A stretch of DNA of 64,000 bases, from assembly GCA_054600435.1 (NCBI GenBank), contig BAAIJX010000010.1:124001-188000 (forward strand). The letters are read 5' to 3'. The notes under the pieces were generated by a model. The model had not been told where the DNA came from and did no database searches. It worked only from the letters and a program-made list of their open reading frames with translations. Shown piece after piece: positions 11,653 through 23,394 of this stretch; the first letter of the stretch is position 1, and each line of letters begins with the position of its first letter. A program made the translations under genes and the position numbers. This DNA is from Neophaeotheca triangularis (lineage: Eukaryota).

Positions 11653-14190
11653 TCATCCAAGTCCCCATTCTAGTCTCTCGGCAAGATCTTGGAGCATCCT
11701 CTCTCCACTCGACCTGCCCACTCCGCGGATTCCGGCGACCAAGAAACTCGAGAGCTTCGTGTACTGTTGTCTCATCTCCTGGACAGACGCTCGGGGTGAC
11801 GGCGATGCAGTATCCGAATCGGCGTCCCCTTGGACGAATAAGCCTGTCCTGGGCTCGGTGGAATCCGTTGAATTCGCCTCCAGTGTTCTGTCATCGTCTT
11901 GCGTATTCTGGAACTGCATGCAAAGATCCAACACATCGGTGACGGCCACTCTCAAGGGCTGAAAGGCAGGGTCGACAAATAGGTTGATGTTCAATCTCCT
12001 CTTGTATGCTGCGTAGACGGCTGTCATGCCGTCGATGTCAGTAGCGACTTTCAGGTGGTTTCTTACCTCGCTCCCGAGCAAGCGTACTACTGCTGTGCAA
12101 TGGAACAAAATGGCGTCGACCAGCCATACAAGACATTGCCGGAGGACGACCCTGGCCGACTGTTCCCGTGAACAGCGGAAGTCAAATATCCCTCTGCGCA
12201 AAACGTATTTGGCCCGATGCAATTGAAGCAACAAGATGAATGCATTCGCGTGACTCTCTGGTGTTTCCTCGCGCGTGATGTTCTGAACATGCCACGGAAC
12301 ATTGACTTGCAGGCGTATGCACTCCAGGGTTTTCACGCTATTCCTGCTTGTTGGTCTCTCGTTTGTGGGCAGTGATATCTTGACCGCGACGTCGGCGGCT
12401 TGAACGGTGTCACGGCTACCAAGGGTTTCTCGAGCGAGTTCGGTCAACAAATAGCGGTGTTGCCAGTCCCCGTGAGAGCGGTCAATCCGGTCAAAGAGAG
12501 TGTCTGCGAAAGATGAAAACAAAACGCCGTCTCTGGAGCAGCACGCGCATTCAAATACGTCAAGCCTGTGGAGCAGTCCGTCTCCTTCCAAGAGTCGGCA
12601 CCGGAGCGTAGCCGTATAATCCTGTTTGGCAGAGCCGAGCCAACCGTCCAAAGCTTGGCTGACAAGTTGGGAGAATGGGCGAAGTGGGCACGCTTCAAGA
12701 TCTCTTCTCACCAGATCGAAGCTCAGCAATGCCCTAGATGTAGTATCGACAGACATTTCTCCACCCTGCCAACCCAGCGCTGGAAGAAAAGCTCTGCTCT
12801 TGCCCAGCGCAAATGTTCTGCCAACGAACGGGACGAAAGCCTTGGGCGCACTGATACGACCGCCTTTTAGCTCGGTTACAGCGAATCGTCCATGATATAG
12901 GTCGCCGAGCTCGCCCGAAGTGTTGGCTTGGTGCACGAAGAAGTCATCGTTCGTAGGTGGCAATTCGCCATGGTCAATCCAAACACCAACGTCTTTCAGA
13001 TAAGTAGTGAGGCCAGCCCAGGCTAACTGCGCGAAAGCATCGAACGCCTCGCCTTCCTCGGCCAGCTGCGCTGTACAAGCGCCTTCGTAGAGACGATCTA
13101 GAAGGTAAAAGGGTCGTTGTGGGCCTTGCTCGAACGAATCGTGTATGACGTGGGATATAGATGCCAAGGGTCTGCATAGCCTCCGAGCATCATCCAGCAT
13201 ATTGACGACGCTGGCAATTGTTTTATCGTTAGGATAGGTGTATTGAAGTTCGTATTGGGCGATGCGTGTGTCGAGGTCGCTGATCATCTTTGCAAGGAGG
13301 CTCTGAACTCTCTGGAGATATGGCGTATATTGCCGCTCGTTCAGCCAGCCACGTAGTGGTAAAAGAGCGTTCGCGACATCGACGACTTGACGGAATACGT
13401 CCTGGGTGGTCTGGTGAGCTGCAGTAGACAGGCATGTATTGGTTTTGGCAGCAAAGGCTCCGGAGCTGTTGCGGTGATAGAGCGAGGTGGGAAGGCCGCG
13501 GAGCAAGTGAAGTGACTCCCGGATTGCAAACAATTCGGATATTACAATCGAATCGAGGGGGGTCTCGAAATTCGATGATACGCGTTCAATAGCCGAAGAA
13601 GAGGCAATGGCGTCTTGTTGAATAGGCTCCACGAAGGAGCGTGCAGTGATAGCAATATCCTCTTCAGAGACTGACGTTGCTCTGGTAGAATCTGAAGACG
13701 CCGACTCGATTTCAAGATGTTCTTCATCGCCACTTGAATGGTACCCTCGCTCAACCTCATCCCAAAGGCCAGGTTCATCAAAAGGGTCCTCGGCAATGAT
13801 TTCCGTGTAAGTGAGTTCTGGCGCTGTAACGTGGCGAGTTCCGTCCTCGAGATGGCTCAAATTTGCTTTCTCTGCCGGTTTGTCTGAGAGGAGTAACAGC
13901 AAGGATAGTATCTCAGGCTGCCACCGGGAGCCTTGCCTGGGCAGCTCATCCAGCCGAGACTGCAAGGCATCGCTCAAATCTTCACGATTGAGGACGCCAA
14001 ACTTCTCCACCAGGCCGTTTAGGCTCGACCATACGTCGAACTGATTTGTTCGAGCGGCACTCTGGTCTCGCAAGCCGCGTGCTGTAGTATCTCGAAGCTG
14101 CTTGAAGCCGGCGGCGTCTTTAGGCTGCTGCTTGCTGATGCTCGACACTAGACCTTCGACAAGCGCATGGTTTCGAGAGGCATAAGCCAT
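11653..14190 (-). CDS. Gamma-tubulin complex component, Spc97/Spc98 family (GCP5-like)
   Basis: Long intronless ORF; first ATG at 14190. RTNQFDV..LNGLVEKF..DALQSRLDEL..PEILSLLLLLSDKP and ISELFAIRESLHLLRGLP resemble GCP5. Confidence 0.8.
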   Translation of the reverse strand: MAYASRNHALVEGLVSSISKQQPKDAAGFKQLRDTTARGLRDQSAARTNQFDVWSSLNGLVEKFGVLNREDLSDALQSRLDELPRQGSRWQPEILSLLLLLSDKPAEKANLSHLEDGTRHVTAPELTYTEIIAEDPFDEPGLWDEVERGYHSSGDEEHLEIESASSDSTRATSVSEEDIAITARSFVEPIQQDAIASSSAIERVSSNFETPLDSIVISELFAIRESLHLLRGLPTSLYHRNSSGAFAAKTNTCLSTAAHQTTQDVFRQVVDVANALLPLRGWLNERQYTPYLQRVQSLLAKMISDLDTRIAQYELQYTYPNDKTIASVVNMLDDARRLCRPLASISHVIHDSFEQGPQRPFYLLDRLYEGACTAQLAEEGEAFDAFAQLAWAGLTTYLKDVGVWIDHGELPPTNDDFFVHQANTSGELGDLYHGRFAVTELKGGRISAPKAFVPFVGRTFALGKSRAFLPALGWQGGEMSVDTTSRALLSFDLVRRDLEACPLRPFSQLVSQALDGWLGSAKQDYTATLRCRLLEGDGLLHRLDVFECACCSRDGVLFSSFADTLFDRIDRSHGDWQHRYLLTELARETLGSRDTVQAADVAVKISLPTNERPTSRNSVKTLECIRLQVNVPWHVQNITREETPESHANAFILLLQLHRAKYVLRRGIFDFRCSREQSARVVLRQCLVWLVDAILFHCTAVVRLLGSEVRNHLKVATDIDGMTAVYAAYKRRLNINLFVDPAFQPLRVAVTDVLDLCMQFQNTQDDDRTLEANSTDSTEPRTGLFVQGDADSDTASPSPRASVQEMRQQYTKLSSFLVAGIRGVGRSSGERMLQDLAERLEWGLG

Positions 14191-14727
14191 CGATCTTTGG
14201 TGACGAAGAATCAGCCCGAAAGCCTCCAAGAGGCCTCTTTGGCTAGGGAATGAGATGAGTATTAAGATAGATGCAAAGGCCCCTACTTAGCTTTCTGCCC
14301 AAACACCCGAAACGAGAGATTGGAAGACGCGAGGCGCGTTTGGACTCTCCACGACTGGACTCTCGTAGGAGGTAAACCGCCCTCAGGTACCCTACCTACC
14401 CCCGGTACACCTGCCTGAAGAGGAACGGGTAAGGTAGCTTCGGCGGACGTGGCCGCAGCCAAGCTTTTCGCGGGATGGTAAGGTAAGTAGCCCTGGGCTG
14501 GGCTGCCAGAGTTGGACAGGCGTCAACCCTAATCATTCGTTACAACGCTCAGGACCAGGAATTGTTGGAAGTACTAGGAGGTATGAGTTGGCGTTGACAC
14601 GAAACACACAACCACTGTCAACTGGGCTCTTGACTTTACCCATCCTTGCCAGCGGGCTTGTCGGACGACGGACGAGGCTTCTGCGAAATCGATGCTGTCA
14701 CAATAAATAATCTTTGCGCTCGTCAGT

Positions 14728-15994
14728 ATGGCGGTGCCCAAGCCAATCCGCTTGTTGGCGGCATTGTGCATGGGTATTTTCCTTTTCTTGATGCTGCAGG
14801 TTATTCGATCGCCTTCGCGAGTGAGCATGCCAGGTGGAGACTTTGAGAAGGTGGAGGACATGGTACGGGATCCCAATTTGGACGAGACGGGCGAGCCTCC
14901 GGAGCCCCTATGGCGAGTTAACGGCAACAACTACGACGCCAATAACCCCAAATCCGATCGCATCAACGCCACGATCCTGACCCTCGTGCGAAATACCGAG
15001 CTGGACGGTATTGTGCAGAGTATGCAAGACCTCGAACGCACGTGGAACCACAAGTTCAACTACCCCTGGACCTTCTTCAACGACGTCCCCTTTACGGAAG
15101 AGTTCAAAAAGGTCACTCGCGAGAATACAAAAGCAGAGTGCAGGTACGAGATCATACCGAAAGAGCATTGGGACGTTCCCAGCTGGATTAATGAGGATCT
15201 CTTCACGGAGAGTGCCAACATACTCGACGAGCAAGACGTTCAATATGCGCACTTGAAAAGCTATCATCAGATGTGCAGGTGGAACAGTGGTCTTTTCTAC
15301 AAACATCCTGCGATGGAGCATATGCAGTACTACTGGCGAGTCGAGCCGAAAGTACACTTCTTCTGCGACGTGGATTACGACGTCTTCCGGTTCATGCAGG
15401 ACCACAACAAGACATATGGGTTCACTATTCAACTTTACGACAGTCCCCAGAGTATACCATCGCTATGGCCGGAGTCGATGAGGTTCCTCTCCAGCAATAG
15501 TCACAGACTGCACCCGAACAACGCGATGGATTGGTTGACAGACAAGGAGAGAAGACCGGATCACAACAACAAGGCCAACGGCTACTCAACGTGCCACTTC
15601 TGGTCGAACTTTGAGATTGCTGATCTGAGTTTCTGGCGGAGTGAGGCGTACGAGGCGTATTTTGAGCATCTCGACCGTGCTGGTGGTTTCTTTTATGAGC
15701 GTTGGGGAGATGCGCCGGTGCACAGTATAGCGTTGGGAATGCTTGAGGACAAGCAAAAGATCCATTGGTATGTTCTCGGCGTCTTGTCTTTGAAAGAGAC
15801 TCTCTAACAATCCCTGCAGGTTCAAGGACATTGGTTACCAGCATATCCCGTTCTTCAATTGCCCTACATCGCCGAAATGCAATGGTTGTGTCAAGGGTCG
15901 ACTAACAGATGGCGAGGCCTGGCTCAACAAGGAAGATTGCAGACCAAATTGGTTCAAGTACGTCGGAAACGAGTGGGCCGACAGCAAAACATGA
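14728..15994 (+). CDS. Alpha-1,2-mannosyltransferase, GT15 (KRE2/KTR family)
   Basis: N-terminal TM, NATILTLVRN, WNHKFNYPWTFFND, SYHQMCRWNSG, YYWRVEP, CHFWSNFEI, GGFFYERWGDAPVHS. Intron about 15768-15819, then last exon FKDIGYQH... to TGA 15994. Confidence 0.95.
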
Positions 15995-16506
15995 TCGTGC
16001 ATACCTATGGGTTAGTAGCTTGAGGTCTTCACATGATTTCAGCATGGCGACTGGCGTTCGAGAAGCAGGCTGGGTCGGTTATGCTTGTCATTGTGGGGGG
16101 AATGTATATGGATGTACTATACCTACGAATTATTTCGCTTTTGTCGAACCCGTATTGCGTTTAATGCAGTATGAACGTATGTCATCAGGGGTTACTTTCT
16201 ATTGGCGCGCCAGATTCCACGCTAAGCTCGGGCCGCATAGCAAGTGAATAGAGAGCTTCAACTTTTAACAGACCTGATCGCGTTTTGAATTCCAGCTGCC
16301 CAAGACACTCCTGATATCATACACATAATTTCTCGTAAGCACTCCAGCGCCAAGATCTTGTCAGTCGTGACTTAGGGGCCCCTTGCGACTCAATCTACGC
16401 CTGAACCCCGAACCGGCAGCTTCTTCAAACCACCGACACCAGAAACTCCCTCCTCACGAGGAGCTCACTCGACGCACACCACCGAGGACATATTACGGCC
16501 GCGACC

Positions 16507-17385
16507 ATGGCGCCACCAACAGGTACCCCGAAGCAAATGTCTTCGCGCCTGCTCACGATGAAGTTCATGCAACGCAGCGCGGCCTCGCCCTCATCCTCTG
16601 AACCGCAAACACCCAATACCACGGAGCCGCCGTCGAAAAAGCAGCGTCTCTCGAATGGTACAATCAACACGCCTCCCTCGGCCACACGAACGCCCGAGCA
16701 GCAAGCTGTCGACAAGGCTCTCGCTGACGAGGAGCGCAAACGCAACGCCGCACTTGAGAGACAGGCGCGGGACGCGGGGGAGACGAAGTGGGTACTTAAT
16801 TACAAGGAGCCGGAGGTCGGAAGGCGGGAGAAGGAACCAGGGTTCGAGGTTGTGAATGCTGGGTTTTCAACAATTGACGCTGATGGGGCAGCCGGGAGTG
16901 AGGATGAGGATGAGGATGGTGCTGGTTTCAAGGGTAGACAGAGTTTCGGGAATTTTAAGGGCGGTGGCAGTGGGGGTGCGAAGCGGAAGTTCCCAGAGAG
17001 TGGGGAAGGAGAGGACGAAGGGGAGAATTCTTCTGAAGACGAATCGTCGAGCGAAGAGGAGGATGAGGATGATCCAACTGGTGCTTCGGCGATGATTAAG
17101 GAGGCTAGGAAGGAGGCTGGCGCGAAGGCGAGGGCAGAACGCAAGGCGCAGAAACAGGCTGAGAAGGCAGATGCTCAACGTATGGCTGGGGAGCGGCGGA
17201 AGAAGAGCATCAATATCAACAAGGGCCCGGACCGAGGCCCATTGGCTCAGTCGGGTGGCATATCTAGCGGTGGTGGAGGTGGCGGAGGCGGGAGCACGAA
17301 GAGCAAGGACTGCTATATCTGCGGCAAAGTTGGACATATCGCTAAGGAGTGTCCGAAGCAGAAGGGCAATAACAAGAAACGCTGA
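16507..17385 (+). CDS. Mpp6-like exosome-associated protein with C-terminal CCHC zinc knuckle
   Basis: MSSRLLTMKFMQR and GRQSFGNF motifs recall M-phase phosphoprotein 6. C-terminal CYICGKVGHIAKEC. Confidence 0.7.
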   Translation: MAPPTGTPKQMSSRLLTMKFMQRSAASPSSSEPQTPNTTEPPSKKQRLSNGTINTPPSATRTPEQQAVDKALADEERKRNAALERQARDAGETKWVLNYKEPEVGRREKEPGFEVVNAGFSTIDADGAAGSEDEDEDGAGFKGRQSFGNFKGGGSGGAKRKFPESGEGEDEGENSSEDESSSEEEDEDDPTGASAMIKEARKEAGAKARAERKAQKQAEKADAQRMAGERRKKSININKGPDRGPLAQSGGISSGGGGGGGGSTKSKDCYICGKVGHIAKECPKQKGNNKKR

Positions 17386-18449
17386 ATGGGTCGGTTTGCA
17401 GCAAGCACGGCTCGTCCGGGCAGTCGCGGCCTGTACTGCTGCCGCCGGTGCCTCCTCAGTCTTGCCAGAGCTGCAATTGAGACATGGCTGCAGGACAAGG
17501 CTTCATCAAGCCCAGCAGCAGTGCTATTCGCAGCAGTGTAGCCACTGCCTTGCTGGACCAACAAGAGAGGGTTGAACGTGCTATTAGCTCCGTTACTAGG
17601 ACGTCCCGTCCTTCGACAGGTCCTCTGGAAGTTGTTCGCGCCGTCGGGCTCTTGATCTGACAGATTTTGGTGGGCTCTTGATCTGAACAGAAAGAGGATC
17701 TCGAGCTCATGACGTTCCATCGCTTTTCGGTGAATCATACACCCCGAGTTTCCATCTTGTCTGAGCGGTCAACATGATACCCCTCGCTAGCCTGGAAAAT
17801 TCGATATCGATTTGCCGAAAGGTCCTTGCCCGCTCTGACGGATGAGGCAGTCTGCATAGGGTGGGCGATGTAACTGGAGTGCCAAGGCTCGAGCAAGGGT
17901 TTGCAGACGGGCATCGAGGCGACCATTCCCACACGTTATGCGACTCACAGCTTTGCTCTGTTTCCGAACGTCTTTACGCCCGCCTGGATCGATGATACTT
18001 GCTCTCTACTCTCGTTCCAAAGATAAGCCAAGGCCAAACATGTCCAAGGTGACGGATACCTACATTAAGCCGATGCCCCGCATGCGCGTCCCCAATGCAT
18101 ATGCCGCACTCATCCCCTCCCTTGTTCTCTTCCAACCTCTCCGCCAACTCTTCTCTATCAACTACCTTCCTCATCCAGTGACAATGCTCTTTTCTTCCCA
18201 TGTTGGCACATCTCAAGCTTGCCTTGGCTGGGCTTGGGTTGCACCGAGCGTACAGCTAGACGTAGACATGTTGTACAAAAACATGTTTATACTCGTAAGA
18301 AACTGGAAGCAACACAGCTATCACTCCACTGTGTCCGGCTCAAAGGCCTTGGCGTAGGTATTTCTATTGCTGCTGTCTCCCCCAGAAGAGTAGGTTAGGT
18401 TTCTCTTCGCTACAATTGAAAACATTCGCTTGCTGCTCACTCTTCAGTA

Positions 18450-20705
18450 ATGCTGCGTTCCATTTGCAAGGCGGCACTGTCATTGGCCGCGTTGGCTCCA
18501 GTCGTTGACGCCCAATTTCCCTCCGAACCCGTCGGTATAACGGTGCTTCGGTCTCAGTTCGATGAGGATGTCACCATCACATACAAGGAGGTATGCCTTC
18601 CCACAAACCCTCCTCGGTCGATCGTGGCTAACTGCTTTTCAGAATGATGTATGCGAGACGACCCCTGGAGTGAGGTCCTTTGCTGGCCACGTTCATCTTC
18701 CACCCAACACTCTGTCCCTTGATGAGCCCCAGGATTACCCCATAAACACCTTCTTCTGGTTCTTCGAAGCCAGGACCGATCCTACCAACGCACCTTTAGC
18801 CATTTGGTTGAACGGCGGTCCCGGTGCCTCCTCTATGAGCGGTCTCTTCGTGGAGAACGGCCCTTGCTACGTCAATGCTGACTCCAACTCAACCCGTCTG
18901 AGCGAGTGGGCATGGAACAATGAAGGTTGGTTGCGTGGCTCTCAAACGCCGTGAGCTTTGCTAAAACGTCTTACCCAGTCAACACTCTCTTCCTCGACCA
19001 ACCTGTTCAGGTCGGCTTTTCATATAACACCCTCGTAAACGTCACGAGAGATTTGCTCAGCAGCAACATCACCTACCTCAACGAGACTGAAACCGTGCCC
19101 GAACAGAACGCCACACTCTTGGTTGGAACCGCTCCTTCTCGAGAGCCCGATGAGACTGCTGAAGGTTCCCGCAACGCTGCCATTGCTCTTTGGCACTTCG
19201 CCCAAGTCTGGTTTCAGGAATTCCCCGAGTACGAGCCTGGTGACGACAGGGTAAGCATTGCCACGCAATCCTATGGTGGCCGCTATGGACCCGCGTTTGC
19301 CGCCTTCTTCGAAGAACAAAACCAGAGGATTGAAAATGGTACCTGGGAGGGCATGGAAGGCACTCAATTCTACATCAACCTCGACACGCTGATGATTGTT
19401 AACGGCTGCCTCGATCGTCAAGTGCAGTGGCCTTCGTATCCCGAGACTGCCTTTAGGAACACCTACGGCATCGAAACCGTCAATGAAACCATCTACAACG
19501 AGATGGTCGACGGTTACTATCGTGAAGGCGGCTGCAGAGACCGTATCGAGAACTGCAGGGCCGTGGTGGCCGAGTCCGACCCGGGCAACCGTGCTATCAA
19601 CGATACCGTCAACGAAATCTGCCAGGATGCGGAGACGTATTGCACTGAGCAAGTCCGTGACCCCTACCTCCAATACTCGGGTAGGGATTACTACGATATC
19701 ACTGCTTTGGACCCGCACGCTTTCCCCGAGCCGTTCTACCAGGGGTTCTTGAACCAGCCGTGGGTTCAGGAGTCGATGGGTATGCCGCTGAACTGGACTG
19801 GCTCATCCAGCGTTGTTTCGTCGGCGTTCAGAGGTAAGGCAATTCGACGCTCAGTATTGCAAGATACGCCTACTGACAAAACGGTCTAGGCATGGGTGAC
19901 TACCCCCGCCCCGGGTGGCTTGAGGACCTGGCCTTCCTACTTGAAAGCGGCATCAAAGTTGCCCTGGTCTACGGCGAAGTAAGCACGATCACGCCTCAGT
20001 CTCCCCCTACTACAGGCCTTGCTAACAACCGTGCCCTGACAGGCCGACTTCGCGTGCAACGCATTAGGTGGTGAGGCCGTCAGCCTTGCCATTAACTACA
20101 CGGGCACCGAGAACTTCGCAGCCGCAGGATACGCCCCGATCCAAGCCAACGACAGCTACATAGGCGGTGCGGTTCGTCAATACGGCAACCTTTCTTACTC
20201 AATGGTCTACGACGCCGGCCACGCCATCCCATCCTACCAGCCGGAGACCTCATACCGTATTTTCATGCGCGCGCTCTTCAACCGCGACATCAGCACCGGC
20301 ACCGTCAGCACGGCAGGAAACTACTCCTCGCAGGGCAATGTGAATCCTTGGGCGCGCCACGAGATTCCTGAGCAGAGAACCGGCTTCTGCTACACTCTTG
20401 ACCCATCGACGTGCACTGAAGAGCAGATCGAGAGTATATTGGACGGAACTGCTGTTATCGAGAGCTGGATCTTGGTCAATGAGAATTCGACCATGCTTTT
20501 CCCCGAAGTCGTGGGTGGTGGTATGGCGCCTAATGGCACTGTGCCGATGCCCATGCCGGGTAATGAGACTGGGAACGGGACTGTGCCTGGTGTACAGCCA
20601 AAGCCGTCGGATACGGTGCCCTATGAGGGTGGTGCGGTAGGTGTGGCGAGGCCTGCTTCCGGGCTCCTGATGGTGGTTGTTGCATTGGGAGCTTTGATGT
20701 TGTAG
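18450..20705 (+). CDS. Secreted serine carboxypeptidase (S10), probably GPI/TM anchored, multi-exon
   Basis: Signal peptide, [42 protein letters not shown] (catalytic Ser), ADFACN (Asp), DAGH (His), hydrophobic C-terminus. Four short introns. Confidence 0.92.
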
Positions 20706-21343
20706 ATTTTTGAATGGTTTTGAAGAGATGGCGCGCTTAGTTAGAACGAAGTAGTACGGCATGTCTTGACTCTTCCGACTCTTCCAGTTGACCCTGTCGT
20801 CGCCATTTCAACCGAGGCGACTACTCAGTATCCTGCTGGTATCCCTCTTGCGCCCTGGGCTTTGACTACGCTGCCACTGTTCGTGGTACTATACAGCACG
20901 TGCAGACGAAGGACCCTCTTCCCTCTCCTGCAGGACTCTTGTCGTATAGAGACTTAGTCTATCAGCCACTGCCAGGAGAAGAAGAATTCGAGGCTGTACA
21001 CAAGGTAAGGTAGTTGCATGGAGCATATGATGGTTATCCCCTCAACCTGAGGCATTCATGCAGATGTCTTGGCAGACTGTTATCTCAAAGTGCGCTAGCG
21101 ATAAGAGGTGTACCTCCGCGATAAGTTGATGGAACCTCAAAAGCTTCGATTTGGTCAAGTTCACCTGAACCTCTTCACTTCTCCACTTCTTTTGCGCGCG
21201 CGCCAACATCCACCTGTACGCGCGCCGTCAACCTTCACAAAGCCGACTGTTTCTTACTACCGTTGCTCTTCTACGCATTCCCTCCTTCACTTCATCCCCC
21301 GATACTCCAACGCGACAAGAACCGCGCGCAATCGGCCGCCAGC

Positions 21344-22963
21344 ATGTCGCTGTACGAGGATTTGCGCTACATCCATGAGGATGTCGAGCGCTTGACCCAA
21401 GGCATTATCGATCGTCTCTGCGAAGAGCCCAAACATGTAGGTATCCCCAACTCTCGCCATCTGTCGGGTGAAAGCAGGCACAATATTGACATGGGCTTGA
21501 AGCAAAAAAACCAGCTGCACCGCGACCACGAAATCGCAACCCTCATCGACCGCATGCAAGAGCAGTCCGACAAGGGGCTGGACATCTACAAGAACAAACA
21601 GGACGAAATGAGGCGTGAGTTGGAGCAGATCAGCACGGGCGACACAATGGAAGAGTTCTACAAGCAGATCAATGCCTCTAAGGAATACCATGCCCGCAAC
21701 CCAGGCGTCCAAGTCGAAGATCTGGAGAAGCGCTACAAGCCGATGTCCCAGGGCGGTCGCTACACATTCGCGGGCAACATGATGTCCAGATTCACCGGCG
21801 AGGAGGCCTACGGGAGATTCTTGGACCTTATTGGCCTCCACGAGGACTTTCTCAACCTCCCAGGAGTCAAGTCGCCAGGCGTCAAGAAGCTCAGCTACGT
21901 TCAGTACATTGACGGCTTCGACAAATTTGGCCCGCCGGTCTACCAGATGAGCAAGAAGGAGAGGATGACCGACGCCTACTTCAGCTACCTTGGGAGCTTG
22001 TCTGTGTACCTCGAGGGCTTCCTCAACCGCACCAAGCCACTCGAGGAGATCGACCCGCTGCTCGAGAAGATCGACAAAAAGTTTGACGCTGCCTGGGAGA
22101 AAGACGAGATTGAGGGTTGGGAGTCGAAGCCGATGCCGACCGAGGCCGAAAGTGGTATGAATGAGGGTAGTAGCGAGGGCATCTGGTGCGAGGATTGTCA
22201 GAAGAACTTCAACGAAAATGTCTACAAGCATCATCTTACGGGTAAAAAGCATCTCAAGAACGCCGAGAAGCGCAAGGCGGCAGCAGCCAACGGGGACACG
22301 GAGATGGCCAACGGCAAGGATACCGCTTCCTCCATGCAGCGCTTGAAAGAGCGTGGTGTCGCCTACCGCGAGTTTCGCATTCAAAAGCTCAGTGAGCTTT
22401 TGGATTCTGAGCGCTCCGACACCCGCGGCAACATCGAGCGCAAGGCAGGCCTCACTGACCGCGAACGCGAGGCCGAGCGCAAAGCCCTCGACAACCTGGA
22501 CGAGGAAGAGATGCTACAGATTGCCAATGGCGCAAACGGAGACGACAATGGCGAGGGCGGCGAAGAGAATGAAGACGGCACGGTCTACAATCCACTCAAC
22601 CTCCCTCTGGCCTGGGACGGCAAACCCATTCCTTTCTGGCTGTACAAGCTCCACGGTCTCGGCGTTGAGTTCCAGTGCGAGATTTGCGGCAACGCTGTCT
22701 ACAAAGGCCGCCGCCAGTTTGAGAAGCACTTCAGCGAAGCTGTTCACACCCACAACCTGGCGAAGCTGGGCATCACCTCCAACTACCCATTGTTCCGCGA
22801 AATCACCAGCATGGATGAGGCTAAGAAGCTTTGGGCTAAGATTGTCGCGAAGAAGGAGGACTACAATGCCAAGTTGGTCGACATCGAGGAGATGGAGGAC
22901 AACCAGGGCAATGTCATGTCAGCTGCCATGTACCGCGATCTCGAGAAAGCGGGCATGCTCTGA
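21344..22963 (+). CDS. PRP9: Splicing factor 3A subunit 3 (Prp9/SAP61)
   Basis: FTGEEAYGRFLDL, C2H2 CEDC..HLTGKKH, YNPLNLPLAWDGKPIPFWLYKLHGL, CEICGN..YKGRRQFEKHF. ATG 21344; probable 66-nt intron 21437-21502. Confidence 0.95.
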   Translation: MSLYEDLRYIHEDVERLTQGIIDRLCEEPKHVGIPNSRHLSGESRHNIDMGLKQKNQLHRDHEIATLIDRMQEQSDKGLDIYKNKQDEMRRELEQISTGDTMEEFYKQINASKEYHARNPGVQVEDLEKRYKPMSQGGRYTFAGNMMSRFTGEEAYGRFLDLIGLHEDFLNLPGVKSPGVKKLSYVQYIDGFDKFGPPVYQMSKKERMTDAYFSYLGSLSVYLEGFLNRTKPLEEIDPLLEKIDKKFDAAWEKDEIEGWESKPMPTEAESGMNEGSSEGIWCEDCQKNFNENVYKHHLTGKKHLKNAEKRKAAAANGDTEMANGKDTASSMQRLKERGVAYREFRIQKLSELLDSERSDTRGNIERKAGLTDREREAERKALDNLDEEEMLQIANGANGDDNGEGGEENEDGTVYNPLNLPLAWDGKPIPFWLYKLHGLGVEFQCEICGNAVYKGRRQFEKHFSEAVHTHNLAKLGITSNYPLFREITSMDEAKKLWAKIVAKKEDYNAKLVDIEEMEDNQGNVMSAAMYRDLEKAGML

Positions 22964-23394
22964 GGTGTCTTTCCAGCGGACGGGGTGATGTTGCGGATAC
23001 CACGGACCGATTGCGAGTGCACGGGTCATGCATGAGCTGTTACTCGTATTTTGCCTGGTTCATGCTATTTGCGATGCTCTTGAGCCTGACCCCGGTTTGA
23101 GGTCGAACCTTTCAGCAAGAATCTTTCCAGCAGCGATGGCGAATAGGTGCAAAATGGGATACCCAGAGGTAGTCTACTCAAATTCTTTGCCAGCCAACCA
23201 CCAGCTCACGCTTCTTCTCGGTTGAACACAACGGTCTTGTCTGTTAAAACAACCCAAGGCGTATTAGCTCCAAAGCTACTGCTTATATAGTTGTGTGCGA
23301 CACATTCAAGCATTCACATAATGCATAAGTCTATCTTTGCCTGTGATGTTGTCAAATCTTCACAGCCATAACAATCGACCCCTGGTCTCTCCTC

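Noticed and set aside
17646..17686. Direct repeat GGGCTCTTGATCTGA x2
   Set aside because: Only two copies, with no associated structure or element ends.
19251..19256. Donor-like GTAAGC inside the carboxypeptidase exon
   Set aside because: Frame is open, and splicing here would delete the catalytic Ser motif.
21287..22384. Long antisense ORFs (also 6936-7778, 41967-42713, 50322-51146)
   Set aside because: Shadow frames of GC-rich, codon-biased genes.
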